Source: Candidatus Deferrimicrobiaceae bacterium (lineage in GTDB: Bacteria; Desulfobacterota; Deferrimicrobia; Deferrimicrobiales; Deferrimicrobiaceae). From it: a stretch of DNA of 64,000 nt. Both the position numbers and the translations under genes were made by a program. The stretch covers positions 416,001 to 480,000 of the forward strand of contig CAWBVY010000004.1 of NCBI GenBank assembly GCA_963792415.1. Reading direction: 5' to 3'. Below are positions 1 to 8,478 of this stretch, in pieces. Below the pieces are notes generated by a model. It ran no database searches and was not told the origin of the DNA. It saw nothing but the letters and a program-made list of their open reading frames with translations. The first letter of the stretch is position 1. Every line of letters starts with the position of its first letter.

Positions 1-412
1 CGACCATCAGGCAGCGGTCCGGGTACCGGTGGGTGAGCCCCGGGACCGGCATGTCCTTCTCCTCCTCGAGGGGGTCGTCCTCGCCGTCCTCGGCGCCGAA
101 ATACTCCTCGGCGGAGGGGATCGACTGGCGGGCGATCGGATCGTCGGGGTCGTCGAACCGGATGAGCGAGAGGTAGTAGGGGGTGACGGCGAGCCGGTAG
201 ATGTCCGTCACGCGGGAGAGGCGCTGCGCCTCTTCCGGGGGGATCCGGCAGAGCCCCGCGAGGTCGTCGACGGAGGTGATGCGGTTGGACAGCTGCCAGC
301 GGTAATCGTTCCACTGCTCGCGCGAGACCTGCGGCCAGGGAAGGCCGACCGGCGCGGTCCTCCCCTTGGGGCGCCTCAACGGTGCGGCGACGTCACCGGG
401 ATGGGTCTCCAT
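1..412 (-). CDS. KamA-family radical SAM protein (lysine 2,3-aminomutase-like); N-terminal part, runs off the window
   Basis: Manual translation from ATG 412 gives METHPG...WNDYRWQLSNRI...VTPYYLSLI...DDPIARQSIP...DPLEEEKDMPVPGLTHRYPDRCLMV, a typical KamA N-terminus. GGAGG RBS upstream. Confidence 0.88.
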   Translation of the reverse strand, partial: METHPGDVAAPLRRPKGRTAPVGLPWPQVSREQWNDYRWQLSNRITSVDDLAGLCRIPPEEAQRLSRVTDIYRLAVTPYYLSLIRFDDPDDPIARQSIPSAEEYFGAEDGEDDPLEEEKDMPVPGLTHRYPDRCLMV

Positions 413-484
413 GATCCTCCTCGAGTTCCCCGTTTCCGGGGTGGATGGCCGGGGGGATCCCGGCGTTAGCGCCTGGAAAGACCG

Positions 485-1021
485 TTATCGCCCGCTCGTG
501 CGCACCCAGAGAAAGTCGACGAGCGTCTTCCCCTTGTTCGAATATGCGAACTCCTGCTCCCCGGCGAAGTAGAGGCTCTCCCCCTTGCGGGCCACGTAGG
601 AGATCTGTCCGAGCCGGAGGCTCAGGCGCCCGGCCAGAACGTGGATATAGTTCTCCCCTTCCTGCGGGGGCTCCGGGAGTGTCTGCCTCCCCGGGGCGAT
701 CGTGGCGCGATATGCGACGATGGAGCGGTAGCGGCTCTTGGGCAGAAGCGTGTCGAACTCCTTGTATCCGGTGACATCGGAAGGGAGGGCGTCGCTCTTC
801 CGGAAGAGCACCTTCTCCTCGTCGACGTCGGCGAAGAAGGAGGAGGGCGTCTCGTTGAGGGCGGAGAGGATCTCGAAGAGGTTCGCAACGGAGGGGGAGG
901 TGAGGTTGCGCTCGACCTGGGAGATGGCGCCCTTGGTCAGGCCCGCGCGTTCGGCCAGGTCGGCCTGGGCCAGCCCGTTGATCTGGCGGAGGTGCTTGAT
1001 CCTTGCGCCGATGTCCATCAT
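485..1021 (-). CDS. XRE-family HTH + cupin transcriptional regulator (PuuR-like)
   Basis: IGARIKHLR...QADLAERAGLTKGAISQVERNLTSPS HTH followed by a C-terminal cupin (EGENYIHVLAG...GESLYF). Confidence 0.9.
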   Translation of the reverse strand: MMDIGARIKHLRQINGLAQADLAERAGLTKGAISQVERNLTSPSVANLFEILSALNETPSSFFADVDEEKVLFRKSDALPSDVTGYKEFDTLLPKSRYRSIVAYRATIAPGRQTLPEPPQEGENYIHVLAGRLSLRLGQISYVARKGESLYFAGEQEFAYSNKGKTLVDFLWVRTSGR

Positions 1022-1027
1022 GGGACT

Positions 1028-1091
1028 GTTTTTTAAACCCTCCGTTTAGTAAACCTATCCAAATTCTAGAAATACGCGTTCGCGGTGTCAA
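1028..1091 (-). promoter_or_regulatory. sigma70 promoter of the XRE-kamA unit with two GTTT-N3-AAAC palindromes
   Basis: Minus-strand TTGACA (1091-1086), 17-bp spacer, TAGAAT (1068-1063). Palindromes at 1028-1038 and 1044-1054. Confidence 0.7.
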
Positions 1092-1606
1092 CCGGAAAAT
1101 AGCGAATCCCATAAACTTTTTTAATATTCGACCGCTGCCCTCTAATCACGTGGGGACGGTTTGCTATACCTGAAAAACGGCCTTTCCGTGAAAAGGAAAT
1201 CGCGGTCCGGGGGTGGCGCGCGCCGCGCGAGCCCTTGCACGGCGTGGATTCCCGCGCACAGGTGCGCGACGGATCGCGAAGGGAACGCGGAGGGGATTCC
1301 ATCCGAAGGGGTGATCTCATCGCCACGGCGTTTTCTCCGATCCGTTTTCTCCGCGGCAATGTATTTTTCCGTTGCCGCCGGGCAAGGAGCGCGCTCCCCC
1401 GGTACCCGGGGACCTGCTCAATGCATTGATCGGCAGCGGAGAGAAAAACTTTATCGTTTTCGAGGGATTTTCCGCGCCGTCCGCGCAACTGCGCGCATCC
1501 AGCTCTCGTTCGAACCGCGCTCCCCGGGGTACCCCCGCAGGAAAAAGCCAGGGGGGCGCGAGCCCGGGAGCAAGGTTCGGCGTTGTGCGCTTTCCTGGTG
1601 CGCGGA

Positions 1607-1636
1607 TTGACAACGCGAAGGGAAATCGGAGAGAAT
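1607..1636 (+). promoter_or_regulatory. probable sigma70 promoter of tRNA-Ala
   Basis: TTGACA-N18-GAGAAT ending 18 bp upstream of the tRNA. Confidence 0.5.
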
Positions 1637-1654
1637 GCTTCCCTGCGCGCAGGT

Positions 1655-1730
1655 GGGGGAGTAGCTCAGCTGGGAGAGCACCACGTTCGCAACGTGGGGG
1701 TCGAGGGTTCAATCCCCTTCTCCTCCACCA
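1655..1730 (+). tRNA. tRNA-Ala(CGC)
   Basis: 76-nt cloverleaf, GGGGGAG/CTCCTCC acceptor with G3:U70, anticodon arm CCACG-TTCGCAA-CGTGG, GGTTCAATCC T-arm, encoded CCA. Confidence 0.97.
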
Positions 1731-1756
1731 TCCTTCGCTCCTTCGGAGCTTCGGAT

Positions 1757-1810
1757 GGTGCCCGACGAAGCTCGCAGAGCGAAGTCGGGCACCACCTTTC
1801 TTTTCTTTTC
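1757..1810 (+). terminator. hairpin + U-tract after tRNA-Ala (part of the four-arm element)
   Basis: GGTGCCCGAC...GTCGGGCACC stem followed by ACCTTTCTTTTCTTTTC. Confidence 0.6.
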
Positions 1811-1967
1811 CTCACAACAAGCTTGCACCAGGGGATGGAACCGGCCTCGGGCGCCGACGAACAGGAGCCCCGCCACAAACCGAGAGGCAAAGCGCCGCCT
1901 GGGTACCTCGCACGTTTCGTCGAGAGGCACGCGTCAGCCACACCCCCTGTCGTAGTATCATCCGGGC

Positions 1968-4205
1968 ATGACCTTTTCCCTCTCCGCGCCGCTGTTCGTC
2001 GAGGTGGCCGTGCCGCTCCCCATCGACCATCCGTTCACGTACCGGGTCCCCTTCGGGGAGGAGCATCGCGCAAAGGTCGGCGTTCGCGTCCTCATCCCGT
2101 TCGGGGGGCGGAAGATGACGGGGCTGGTCACGGCGATCACCGACGCCTCCGCCCTCGGCGGGCGGGACGCGAAGGACCTTCTCGCGATCCTCGATGACAC
2201 GCCGTACGTGTCCGGGCGCCACCTCGCGTTCCTTTCCGCGACCGCCCGCGAATGCCTTGCCCCGCTGGGCGAGACGCTGCGCGCGGCCCTCCCCCGCGGC
2301 CTTCCCCGGAAGGAGGCACCGTCCGGGCCCCGGATGGAGGCGTTCTACCGCCCTTCACCGCTTCCCCTCGAGGGTCCGGTGACTCCGAAGCAGCGCCTTG
2401 CGCACGAAGCCGTTCGCGAGGCGGGGGGACTGTCCTCCTCCGAACTTTCGTTGCGGGTGCCGGGCGGGGCGGAGGCGGCGAAGCGCCTCGCCGCGAAAGG
2501 ATTCCTGCTCGTCGAGTCCCGACCCCGGCCGGTGACCCTGCACGCCACGTCTCTTCCCGACCTGGCGGGGGCTCTCTCGCCCACGCCCGGCCAGGAGGCC
2601 GCGCTTGCGCGGGTCGGGGTCGCCGTCGCCTCGGGGCGGCACGCCGTCTTCGTGCTGCACGGCGTGACCGGTTCCGGGAAGACCGAGGTCTACCTGCGCG
2701 CGGTCGAACAGGCGCGCGCGACGGGCCGCCAGGCGATCTTCCTCGTACCCGAGATCGCCCTCACCCCCCAGCTGCTCGGCAGGGTCCGTTCCCGGTTCCG
2801 CGACGGGGTCGCCGTGCTTCACAGCGGGCTCACTCCGGCGGAGCGGTCCTCCCAGTGGAGAAAGATCCGCGACGGCGAGGTGTTCCTCTGCGTGGGGGCG
2901 CGCTCCGCGATCTTCTCCCCCTTCCCGTCCGTGGGGCTCGTCGTCGTGGACGAGGAGCACGACGCCGCGTACAAGCAGGAGGACGGCGTCCGGTACCAGG
3001 CCCGGGATCTCGCCCTGCTGCGGGGCCGCATGGAGGACGCCGTCGTCCTGCTGGGCTCCGCCACGCCATCCGCCGAGTCGTTCCACCGGGCTCGGACCGG
3101 CGCCGCGACGCTTCTTTCCCTCCCCGAGCGGATCGGCGGGAGCGACATGCCGGATATCTCCGTCGTCGACCTCAAGGGCCGCACGGACCGGCGCGGCGCC
3201 GACCGCTACTTCTCATCAGAGCTCGAGTCGGAAATCGACGCGACCCTTGCCCGGGGCGAGAAGACGATGCTCTTCCTCAACCGGCGCGGGTTCGCCGCCG
3301 CCCTCACGTGCCTCGAGTGCGGGACCACGGTGCAGTGCCGGAATTGCCAGGTGGCGCTCACGTACCACCGGGAGCATGAGGCGCTCCTGTGCCACTACTG
3401 CAACGTGAAGCGGAAGGAGCCCGAATCGTGCGCGAAGTGCGGCGGGCACAAGCTCGCCCAGGTCGGGATCGGGACGGAGCGGCTCCTCTCCTGGGTCTCG
3501 AAGCGGTGGAAGGAGGCGCGGGTCGCGCGGCTCGATTCGGACGTCACGCGGAAGCGCGGGGCCTATGCCGAGGTCCTCTCCGGCATGCAGCGGGGGGAGG
3601 TGGACATCCTCGTCGGGACGCAGATGATCGCCAAGGGGCACGACTTCCCCGAAGTCACCTTCGTCGGGGTGCTGTTGGCCGACCTCTCCCTGTCGTTTCC
3701 GGACTTCCGGTCGTCGGAGCGCACCTTCCAGATCCTGACGCAGGTGGCGGGACGTTCGGGGCGCGGCCCCCGGCCGGGCAAGGTCCTCTACCAGGCGATG
3801 GCGCCGGAGAGCCCGGCCATCCGCAAGGCGGCGGAGCACGACTACTCCGGGTTCATGGAAGACGAGCTCGCTGCGCGGGAAGCGATGGGGTACCCCCCTT
3901 TCGGCCGGATGCTGTTGCTGCGCCTGTCGGGGACGAGGCAGGAAGCCGCGCGTGCGGCGGCCGATCTTGTAACCGGTGCGCTTTCCGGCCCGATGTCCGC
4001 CCACGGAGTTCGCCTCCTGGGCCCGGCCCCCTCGCCGATCGCGCGGGTCAAGCGCCGCTTCCACTACCAGATCCTCCTGGTGATGCCCGCCGACCTCCCG
4101 GTGGGGGACCTCCTCCCGGAGCTCCTGCGACCGCTCCGCGAGCGGGTCCGCAAGTCGGGCGCGCGCCTCGAGGCCGACGTCGACCCGTATCAGATGATGG
4201 TGTGA
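1968..4205 (+). CDS. priA: primosomal protein N' (replication-restart helicase)
   Basis: GVTGSGKTEVY, LVPEIALTPQ, DEEHD, GSATPS, four CxxC pairs, GTQMIAKGHDFP, QVAGRSGR, terminal DVDP. Confidence 0.97.
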   Translation: MTFSLSAPLFVEVAVPLPIDHPFTYRVPFGEEHRAKVGVRVLIPFGGRKMTGLVTAITDASALGGRDAKDLLAILDDTPYVSGRHLAFLSATARECLAPLGETLRAALPRGLPRKEAPSGPRMEAFYRPSPLPLEGPVTPKQRLAHEAVREAGGLSSSELSLRVPGGAEAAKRLAAKGFLLVESRPRPVTLHATSLPDLAGALSPTPGQEAALARVGVAVASGRHAVFVLHGVTGSGKTEVYLRAVEQARATGRQAIFLVPEIALTPQLLGRVRSRFRDGVAVLHSGLTPAERSSQWRKIRDGEVFLCVGARSAIFSPFPSVGLVVVDEEHDAAYKQEDGVRYQARDLALLRGRMEDAVVLLGSATPSAESFHRARTGAATLLSLPERIGGSDMPDISVVDLKGRTDRRGADRYFSSELESEIDATLARGEKTMLFLNRRGFAAALTCLECGTTVQCRNCQVALTYHREHEALLCHYCNVKRKEPESCAKCGGHKLAQVGIGTERLLSWVSKRWKEARVARLDSDVTRKRGAYAEVLSGMQRGEVDILVGTQMIAKGHDFPEVTFVGVLLADLSLSFPDFRSSERTFQILTQVAGRSGRGPRPGKVLYQAMAPESPAIRKAAEHDYSGFMEDELAAREAMGYPPFGRMLLLRLSGTRQEAARAAADLVTGALSGPMSAHGVRLLGPAPSPIARVKRRFHYQILLVMPADLPVGDLLPELLRPLRERVRKSGARLEADVDPYQMMV

Positions 4206-4267
4206 GCTCCCCTCGGCACGGCGCTTGAACTCCTTTCGTGCATCAACGCGCAAAGGAGGGCAGGACC

Positions 4268-4654
4268 ATGCGGGTGCACTACGTTCTGAACCACGGGGGG
4301 ACGCCGGCGTCGAAGCTGGCCGACGTCGAGATCCACTTCGAGGAGGGGCTCCTCGCCGGCCTCAAGCTGGTGGGGTGCTCCGTCTGGCGGTCGAAGAAGG
4401 GGGAGGCGCCGACCGTGCTCGTCCCCTCCCGCTCCTACGCCACCGCCGGGGGGGTCCGTTACTACGAGCTGCTGCGCTCCTCGATCGACGGCTCCTCCTC
4501 CGCGGCGGGGAACGGCGAGGACCCGGCGCCGAAGCTCGCCGTCCGGCGGTTCAAGGAGTACGTCCGCGACGAGTACCGCAAGATCGCGGCGCTGCCCGAC
4601 GAGCCGCCAATCCCCGCCGAGCGTGGCGGCGGGAAAAAGGCCGCCGCCCGGTAG
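4268..4654 (+). CDS. small SpoVG-like (predicted nucleic-acid-binding) hypothetical protein
   Basis: AGGAGG RBS. KLADVEIHF...GLKLVGCSVW...TVLVPSRSY...YYELLR followed by a helix resembles the SpoVG pattern. Confidence 0.6.
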   Translation: MRVHYVLNHGGTPASKLADVEIHFEEGLLAGLKLVGCSVWRSKKGEAPTVLVPSRSYATAGGVRYYELLRSSIDGSSSAAGNGEDPAPKLAVRRFKEYVRDEYRKIAALPDEPPIPAERGGGKKAAAR

Positions 4655-4665
4655 GTTCCCTTCGA

Positions 4666-4699
4666 GGGGGACACTCCCGGATCGGTCGGAGTGTCCCCC
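4666..4699 (+). terminator. 12-bp GC-rich hairpin after the SpoVG-like gene
   Basis: GGGGGACACTCC-N10-GGAGTGTCCCCC, no clear U-tract. Confidence 0.45.
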
Positions 4700-4817
4700 G
4701 TCATACGCTGCGGCCACCGTCGTGCCCCCTTCGATAAAACAGGTGAAAAGCCGACCCCGCCGGACATACAATCAAACGTCTATGTACTAACGGCGATGCA
4801 TCGCCCGGGGGGGGTCC

Positions 4818-5306
4818 ATGTCGGAAGTCGGCGAAAAGGTGGCGGAGGCGACCCGCCAGCGCGCGGCGGTCTACGCGCACCTGTTCCTCGTGCTGCGCAA
4901 GAAGCTCGGGGAGCGGGAGGCGGTCGACCTGATGAGCGAGGCGATCTACAACTTCGGCAGGGAAAAATCGACGCGCAACTACTCCGAGAAGGCGCGCTCC
5001 GGCGACCTCGAGCAGGCGGCACGGGAGTTCGCGTCCCCGGACCCGGCGAAGCAGCACCAGTTCGCCCCGCGGGTCGTGTCGCTCACCCCCGACGAGGCGG
5101 TGCTCGCGATGTCGAAGTGCCCACTGGTCGACGAGTGGCGGTCGATGGGGCTGCCGGACAAGGATGTCGCGACGCTCTGCCGCGTCGCCCACTCCGTCGA
5201 CTTCGGGACGTGGGAAGGGGCGCTGGGCTGCGCGCTCTGCTTCGAGGGAACCCGCGGGCAGGGGAAGGAAGAGTGCGTCCTCCGCGTGAAGAAGGCGCGG
5301 GGCTGA
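4818..5306 (+). CDS. L-2-amino-thiazoline-4-carboxylic acid hydrolase-like family protein
   Basis: CPLVDEW...LCRVAHSVD...GQGKEEC pattern, 162 aa. Confidence 0.7.
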   Translation: MSEVGEKVAEATRQRAAVYAHLFLVLRKKLGEREAVDLMSEAIYNFGREKSTRNYSEKARSGDLEQAAREFASPDPAKQHQFAPRVVSLTPDEAVLAMSKCPLVDEWRSMGLPDKDVATLCRVAHSVDFGTWEGALGCALCFEGTRGQGKEECVLRVKKARG

Positions 5307-5310
5307 CGCG

Positions 5311-5607
5311 ATGAGCGGGATCCGGGCGAGGGACTTCCAGTTCCTGCTGGTCGTGGTCGCGGTCGTCGCCCTGCTCACCGTCCTCTCCATGACGGGGAAG
5401 GAGCGGTTCATTGCGCGGACCGAGGCGCACCTTGCCGTCGCTCCGATCCAGGACACGGCCCAGGCCGACGCGGTCTGCCGGTCGTGTCACGGGGGAGAGA
5501 AATCGGCTTCCGTGGAAGGGAAGATGGGCCCCTTGATGCCGGAGAACCATCCGCTCCGGAAGAAGAACTGCCGTCAGTGCCACCGGCTGGAGCGGAAGAA
5601 GTCGTGA
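5311..5607 (+). CDS. membrane-anchored small diheme c-type cytochrome
   Basis: N-terminal hydrophobic helix, CRSCH and CRQCH, extra His residues (EAH, PENHP) as candidate distal ligands. Confidence 0.8.
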   Translation: MSGIRARDFQFLLVVVAVVALLTVLSMTGKERFIARTEAHLAVAPIQDTAQADAVCRSCHGGEKSASVEGKMGPLMPENHPLRKKNCRQCHRLERKKS

Positions 5608-6464
5608 CCCGGAAAGGTCCCCCGCTGGGGGCGCACGTTTCCGTGGCCGGAGGGGTCCACACGGCGCCGGAGCGGGGCAGGAAGATCGGCGCCGACGTCG
5701 TCCAGATCTTCTCAAAGCAGAACACCCGCTGGATGGGGAAGGCCCTCGAGGAGGAGGACGCCCGGGCGCTTCGCGAGGAGAGCGATCGCACGGGCGTCCG
5801 CGTCGCGGCCATCCACTGCGCCTACCTCATCAACCTCGGTTCCACGAAAGAGACGGTCCGGACCCGTTCCCTCTACGCGCTCGAGGACGAGGCGTCGCGC
5901 GCCGCCATGCTCGGCGTGCCGTACCTGGTGATGCACCCCGGCTCGTGCGGCGACGACCCGGTGGAGGAGGGGATCTCCCGAATCGCGTCGGCGATCCGCT
6001 CGTTCGGGAAGTTCCCGCGAGGGGTGACGCTGCTCCTCGAAAACACGGCAGGCCAGGGAAACTCGATCGGCCGAACGATGGGGCAGCTTCGGGAGCTGCT
6101 CGACGCCGCGGGGAATCCGTCCGACGTGGCGGTGTGCCTCGACAGCGCCCACCTCTTCGAGTCCGGGTACGACATCGGCACGGCGGCGGGGTGGGACGCC
6201 CTTCTCGCGGAGATGAGGGAGGAAATGATCCTCCCCCTGGTCCGGATGTGGCACCTGAACGACTCGAAGACGCCGACGGGAAGCCGCGTCGACCGGCACG
6301 AGCACATCGGAGAGGGGCGGATCGACGCCTCCGCCTTTCGCCGGATCCTCAACCACAAGGGGTTCTCGGCGCTGCCGATGGTGCTCGAGACGCCGAAGGG
6401 CGAGGACGACGAGTTCACGATGGACCTGCGCAACCTCGCGGCGCTGCGCAAACTGATCGCTTAG
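5604..6464 (+). CDS. nfo: deoxyribonuclease IV (AP endonuclease)
   Basis: GAHVSVAGG, HCAYLINL, HPGS, LENTAGQG, CLDSAH, HLNDSK, DRHEHIGEG, LETP. GTG start overlaps the upstream TGA. Confidence 0.95.
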   Translation: MTRKGPPLGAHVSVAGGVHTAPERGRKIGADVVQIFSKQNTRWMGKALEEEDARALREESDRTGVRVAAIHCAYLINLGSTKETVRTRSLYALEDEASRAAMLGVPYLVMHPGSCGDDPVEEGISRIASAIRSFGKFPRGVTLLLENTAGQGNSIGRTMGQLRELLDAAGNPSDVAVCLDSAHLFESGYDIGTAAGWDALLAEMREEMILPLVRMWHLNDSKTPTGSRVDRHEHIGEGRIDASAFRRILNHKGFSALPMVLETPKGEDDEFTMDLRNLAALRKLIA

Positions 6465-6490
6465 ATTAATGGGGTAACGTAGACGCAGGG

Positions 6491-6550
6491 CGCCCCACTA
6501 CGAGCGTCGCGCCAGTGGGGTACCCCCGCAACCGTATAATTGGGGGGCAC
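6491..6550. repeat. intergenic palindromic repeat family A, copy 1
   Basis: CGCCCCACTACGA...GTGGGGTACCCCC...GGGGGCAC. Similar copies at 29810, 30517 and a partial copy at 1526. Confidence 0.7.
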
Positions 6551-6665
6551 AGCGGGGGGGGGCCACCCAGCGGCGTATGGAGCGAGGCGGGGATTGCGTC
6601 GAGCGGAATCGCAGTGAGCGGGCGAAGATCGCGAACGTAGCGGAGTGGAAGCCCCCCGCGAGCCC
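6545..6665. repeat. intergenic repeat family B (~120 bp, MITE/REP-like), copy 1
   Basis: Near-identical to 24985-25104. Ends are GCGGGGGG...CCCCCCGC. Confidence 0.85.
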
Positions 6666-6715
6666 GAAGTCTGAATATGTATTGTCGTATTTGTGAAGGG
6701 GGAGAAGGGGAGACG

Positions 6716-7306
6716 ATGGATTTCGAGACGATCCGGGAGCTGGCCAAGCACCACAAGCAGAGCTTCGGGCGCATCCTCAAATGCGAGATGTACAAGCTCG
6801 AGGACGGCCGCCTGCTGGCGATCACGCGCCTTCACGACGATTTCCACGACATGAACCTTGCGATCCTCCTCTCCGATTCCTATCGCATCGAGGAGATCGC
6901 GGGAAAGATGGATCGCATTCCCCAGCCCTGCTGCGAGACGAAGCCCCTGGAGATGCTCTCGTCCCTGAAGGGGATCGCCGTCCTGGAGCGGGGCGGGATC
7001 AAGAAGGTGAAGGAGCGGATCCCCCGGAACATGAGCTGCACGCACATCTACGAGATGCTGGAGTCCACGTTCCGGTCCATTTTCGTCGGGAGCTACAGCA
7101 TCCTCGGCCAGAAGTGGGATGGAGTGCTCACCCTCGAGATGGAGGAGAACCGCCAGCTCGGGATCCAGTCCCCGGTGCTGGCCGACACGTGCTACGCCTT
7201 CAACCTCGAATCGGCCGATCCGGTCATCCTCGAGCGGGCCCGGAAGAAGGTCGAGGAGGCCCGCCGGAAGATGGCTGCGATCGAGGCGGTCAAGCGGGGC
7301 GGGTAA
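6716..7306 (+). CDS. DUF2889-like protein
   Basis: GGGGAG RBS. LHDDFHDM...MDRIPQPCC...SCTHIYEML...DTCYAF pattern. Confidence 0.7.
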   Translation: MDFETIRELAKHHKQSFGRILKCEMYKLEDGRLLAITRLHDDFHDMNLAILLSDSYRIEEIAGKMDRIPQPCCETKPLEMLSSLKGIAVLERGGIKKVKERIPRNMSCTHIYEMLESTFRSIFVGSYSILGQKWDGVLTLEMEENRQLGIQSPVLADTCYAFNLESADPVILERARKKVEEARRKMAAIEAVKRGG

Positions 7307-7336
7307 TACTGGCGCGCTAACGGGAAGGGGAGATCC

Positions 7337-8443
7337 ATGGGCTCTGAGCGGCAGGTGCGGCGGCTGGCGGAAACGCTGGTACGCCATTCGGTGAAGGCGA
7401 AAAAAGGGGAGACCGTCCGGATCTCCACCGGCGAGCTTGGCCGTCCCCTCGCGCTGGAGGTCTACCGGGAGGTGTTGCGGGCGGGGGCCCACCCCCTGCT
7501 CTCCGTGGGGTTCGAGGAGGCGAACGCGATCTTCTACGAGGAGGCGTCCGCGGAGCAGATCGCCCACATGCCGCCCACGAAGATGCACGAGGCGAAGACG
7601 ATCGACGCCGACATCGTCATCCTCGCCCCCGGCAACACCCGGCACCTATCCCACATACCCCCGCGGAAGATGGCGGACCGCCGCAAGGCGACCAAGCCGA
7701 TCTCCGAGGTGATGCTGCGCCGCGTCCGGTGGGTCCTCACGAATTTCCCGACGGAGGCGCTCGCGCAGGAGACGGACCGGTCCCTGCCCGAGTACGAGAA
7801 ACTGTATTACCGGGCCGTGGAGCAGGACTGGGCCGGGATGTCGCGGATGTTCGCCCGGGCGAAGAGGATGCTCGAGAAGGCCGACCGGGTCCGGATCACG
7901 GGGAAGGAGACCGACCTTTCCTTCTCGATCAAGGGGCGCACCGCGATCCCCTGCGCCGGCGAGTTCAACATGCCCGATGGGGAGATCTTCACCGCGCCCG
8001 TCGAGACGTCGACCGAGGGGAGGATCTTCTTCGAGTTCCCCGCGATCGCCGGCGGGCGGGAGGTGGCGGGGATCCGCCTGACGTTCCGCAAGGGGCGGGT
8101 GGTGGAGGCTTCGGCGGAGAAGAACGAAGGGTACCTGAAGGAGATGCTCGCCGCCGACCGCGGCGCCTCCGTCCTGGGCGAGTTCGGCATCGGGGCGAAC
8201 GCGGGGGTGACCTCCTTCACCCGCGACATTCTTCTCGACGAGAAGATGGGTGGGACGATCCACCTGGCGATCGGCCGTTCGTACCCCGAATCGGGGGGGA
8301 GGAACGACTCGGCGGTCCACTGGGACATGATCAAGGACCTGCGCGCGCAGGGCGATCTCCACCTCGACGGGGAGCCGGTCCTGCGGACGGGCGTCCTGTT
8401 CGGGAAGACGCCGAAGGGGATGCGAAAGCCCCGGTCCTCCTGA
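7337..8443 (+). CDS. aminopeptidase, peptidase M29 (AmpS/AmpT) family
   Basis: NMPDGEIFTAP, LGEFGIG, LLDEKMGGTIHLAIG, SAVHWDMI. Confidence 0.93.
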   Translation: MGSERQVRRLAETLVRHSVKAKKGETVRISTGELGRPLALEVYREVLRAGAHPLLSVGFEEANAIFYEEASAEQIAHMPPTKMHEAKTIDADIVILAPGNTRHLSHIPPRKMADRRKATKPISEVMLRRVRWVLTNFPTEALAQETDRSLPEYEKLYYRAVEQDWAGMSRMFARAKRMLEKADRVRITGKETDLSFSIKGRTAIPCAGEFNMPDGEIFTAPVETSTEGRIFFEFPAIAGGREVAGIRLTFRKGRVVEASAEKNEGYLKEMLAADRGASVLGEFGIGANAGVTSFTRDILLDEKMGGTIHLAIGRSYPESGGRNDSAVHWDMIKDLRAQGDLHLDGEPVLRTGVLFGKTPKGMRKPRSS

Positions 8444-8478
8444 AACACCGCCTGCGGATTCTTCTCGGAGGAGAAACG

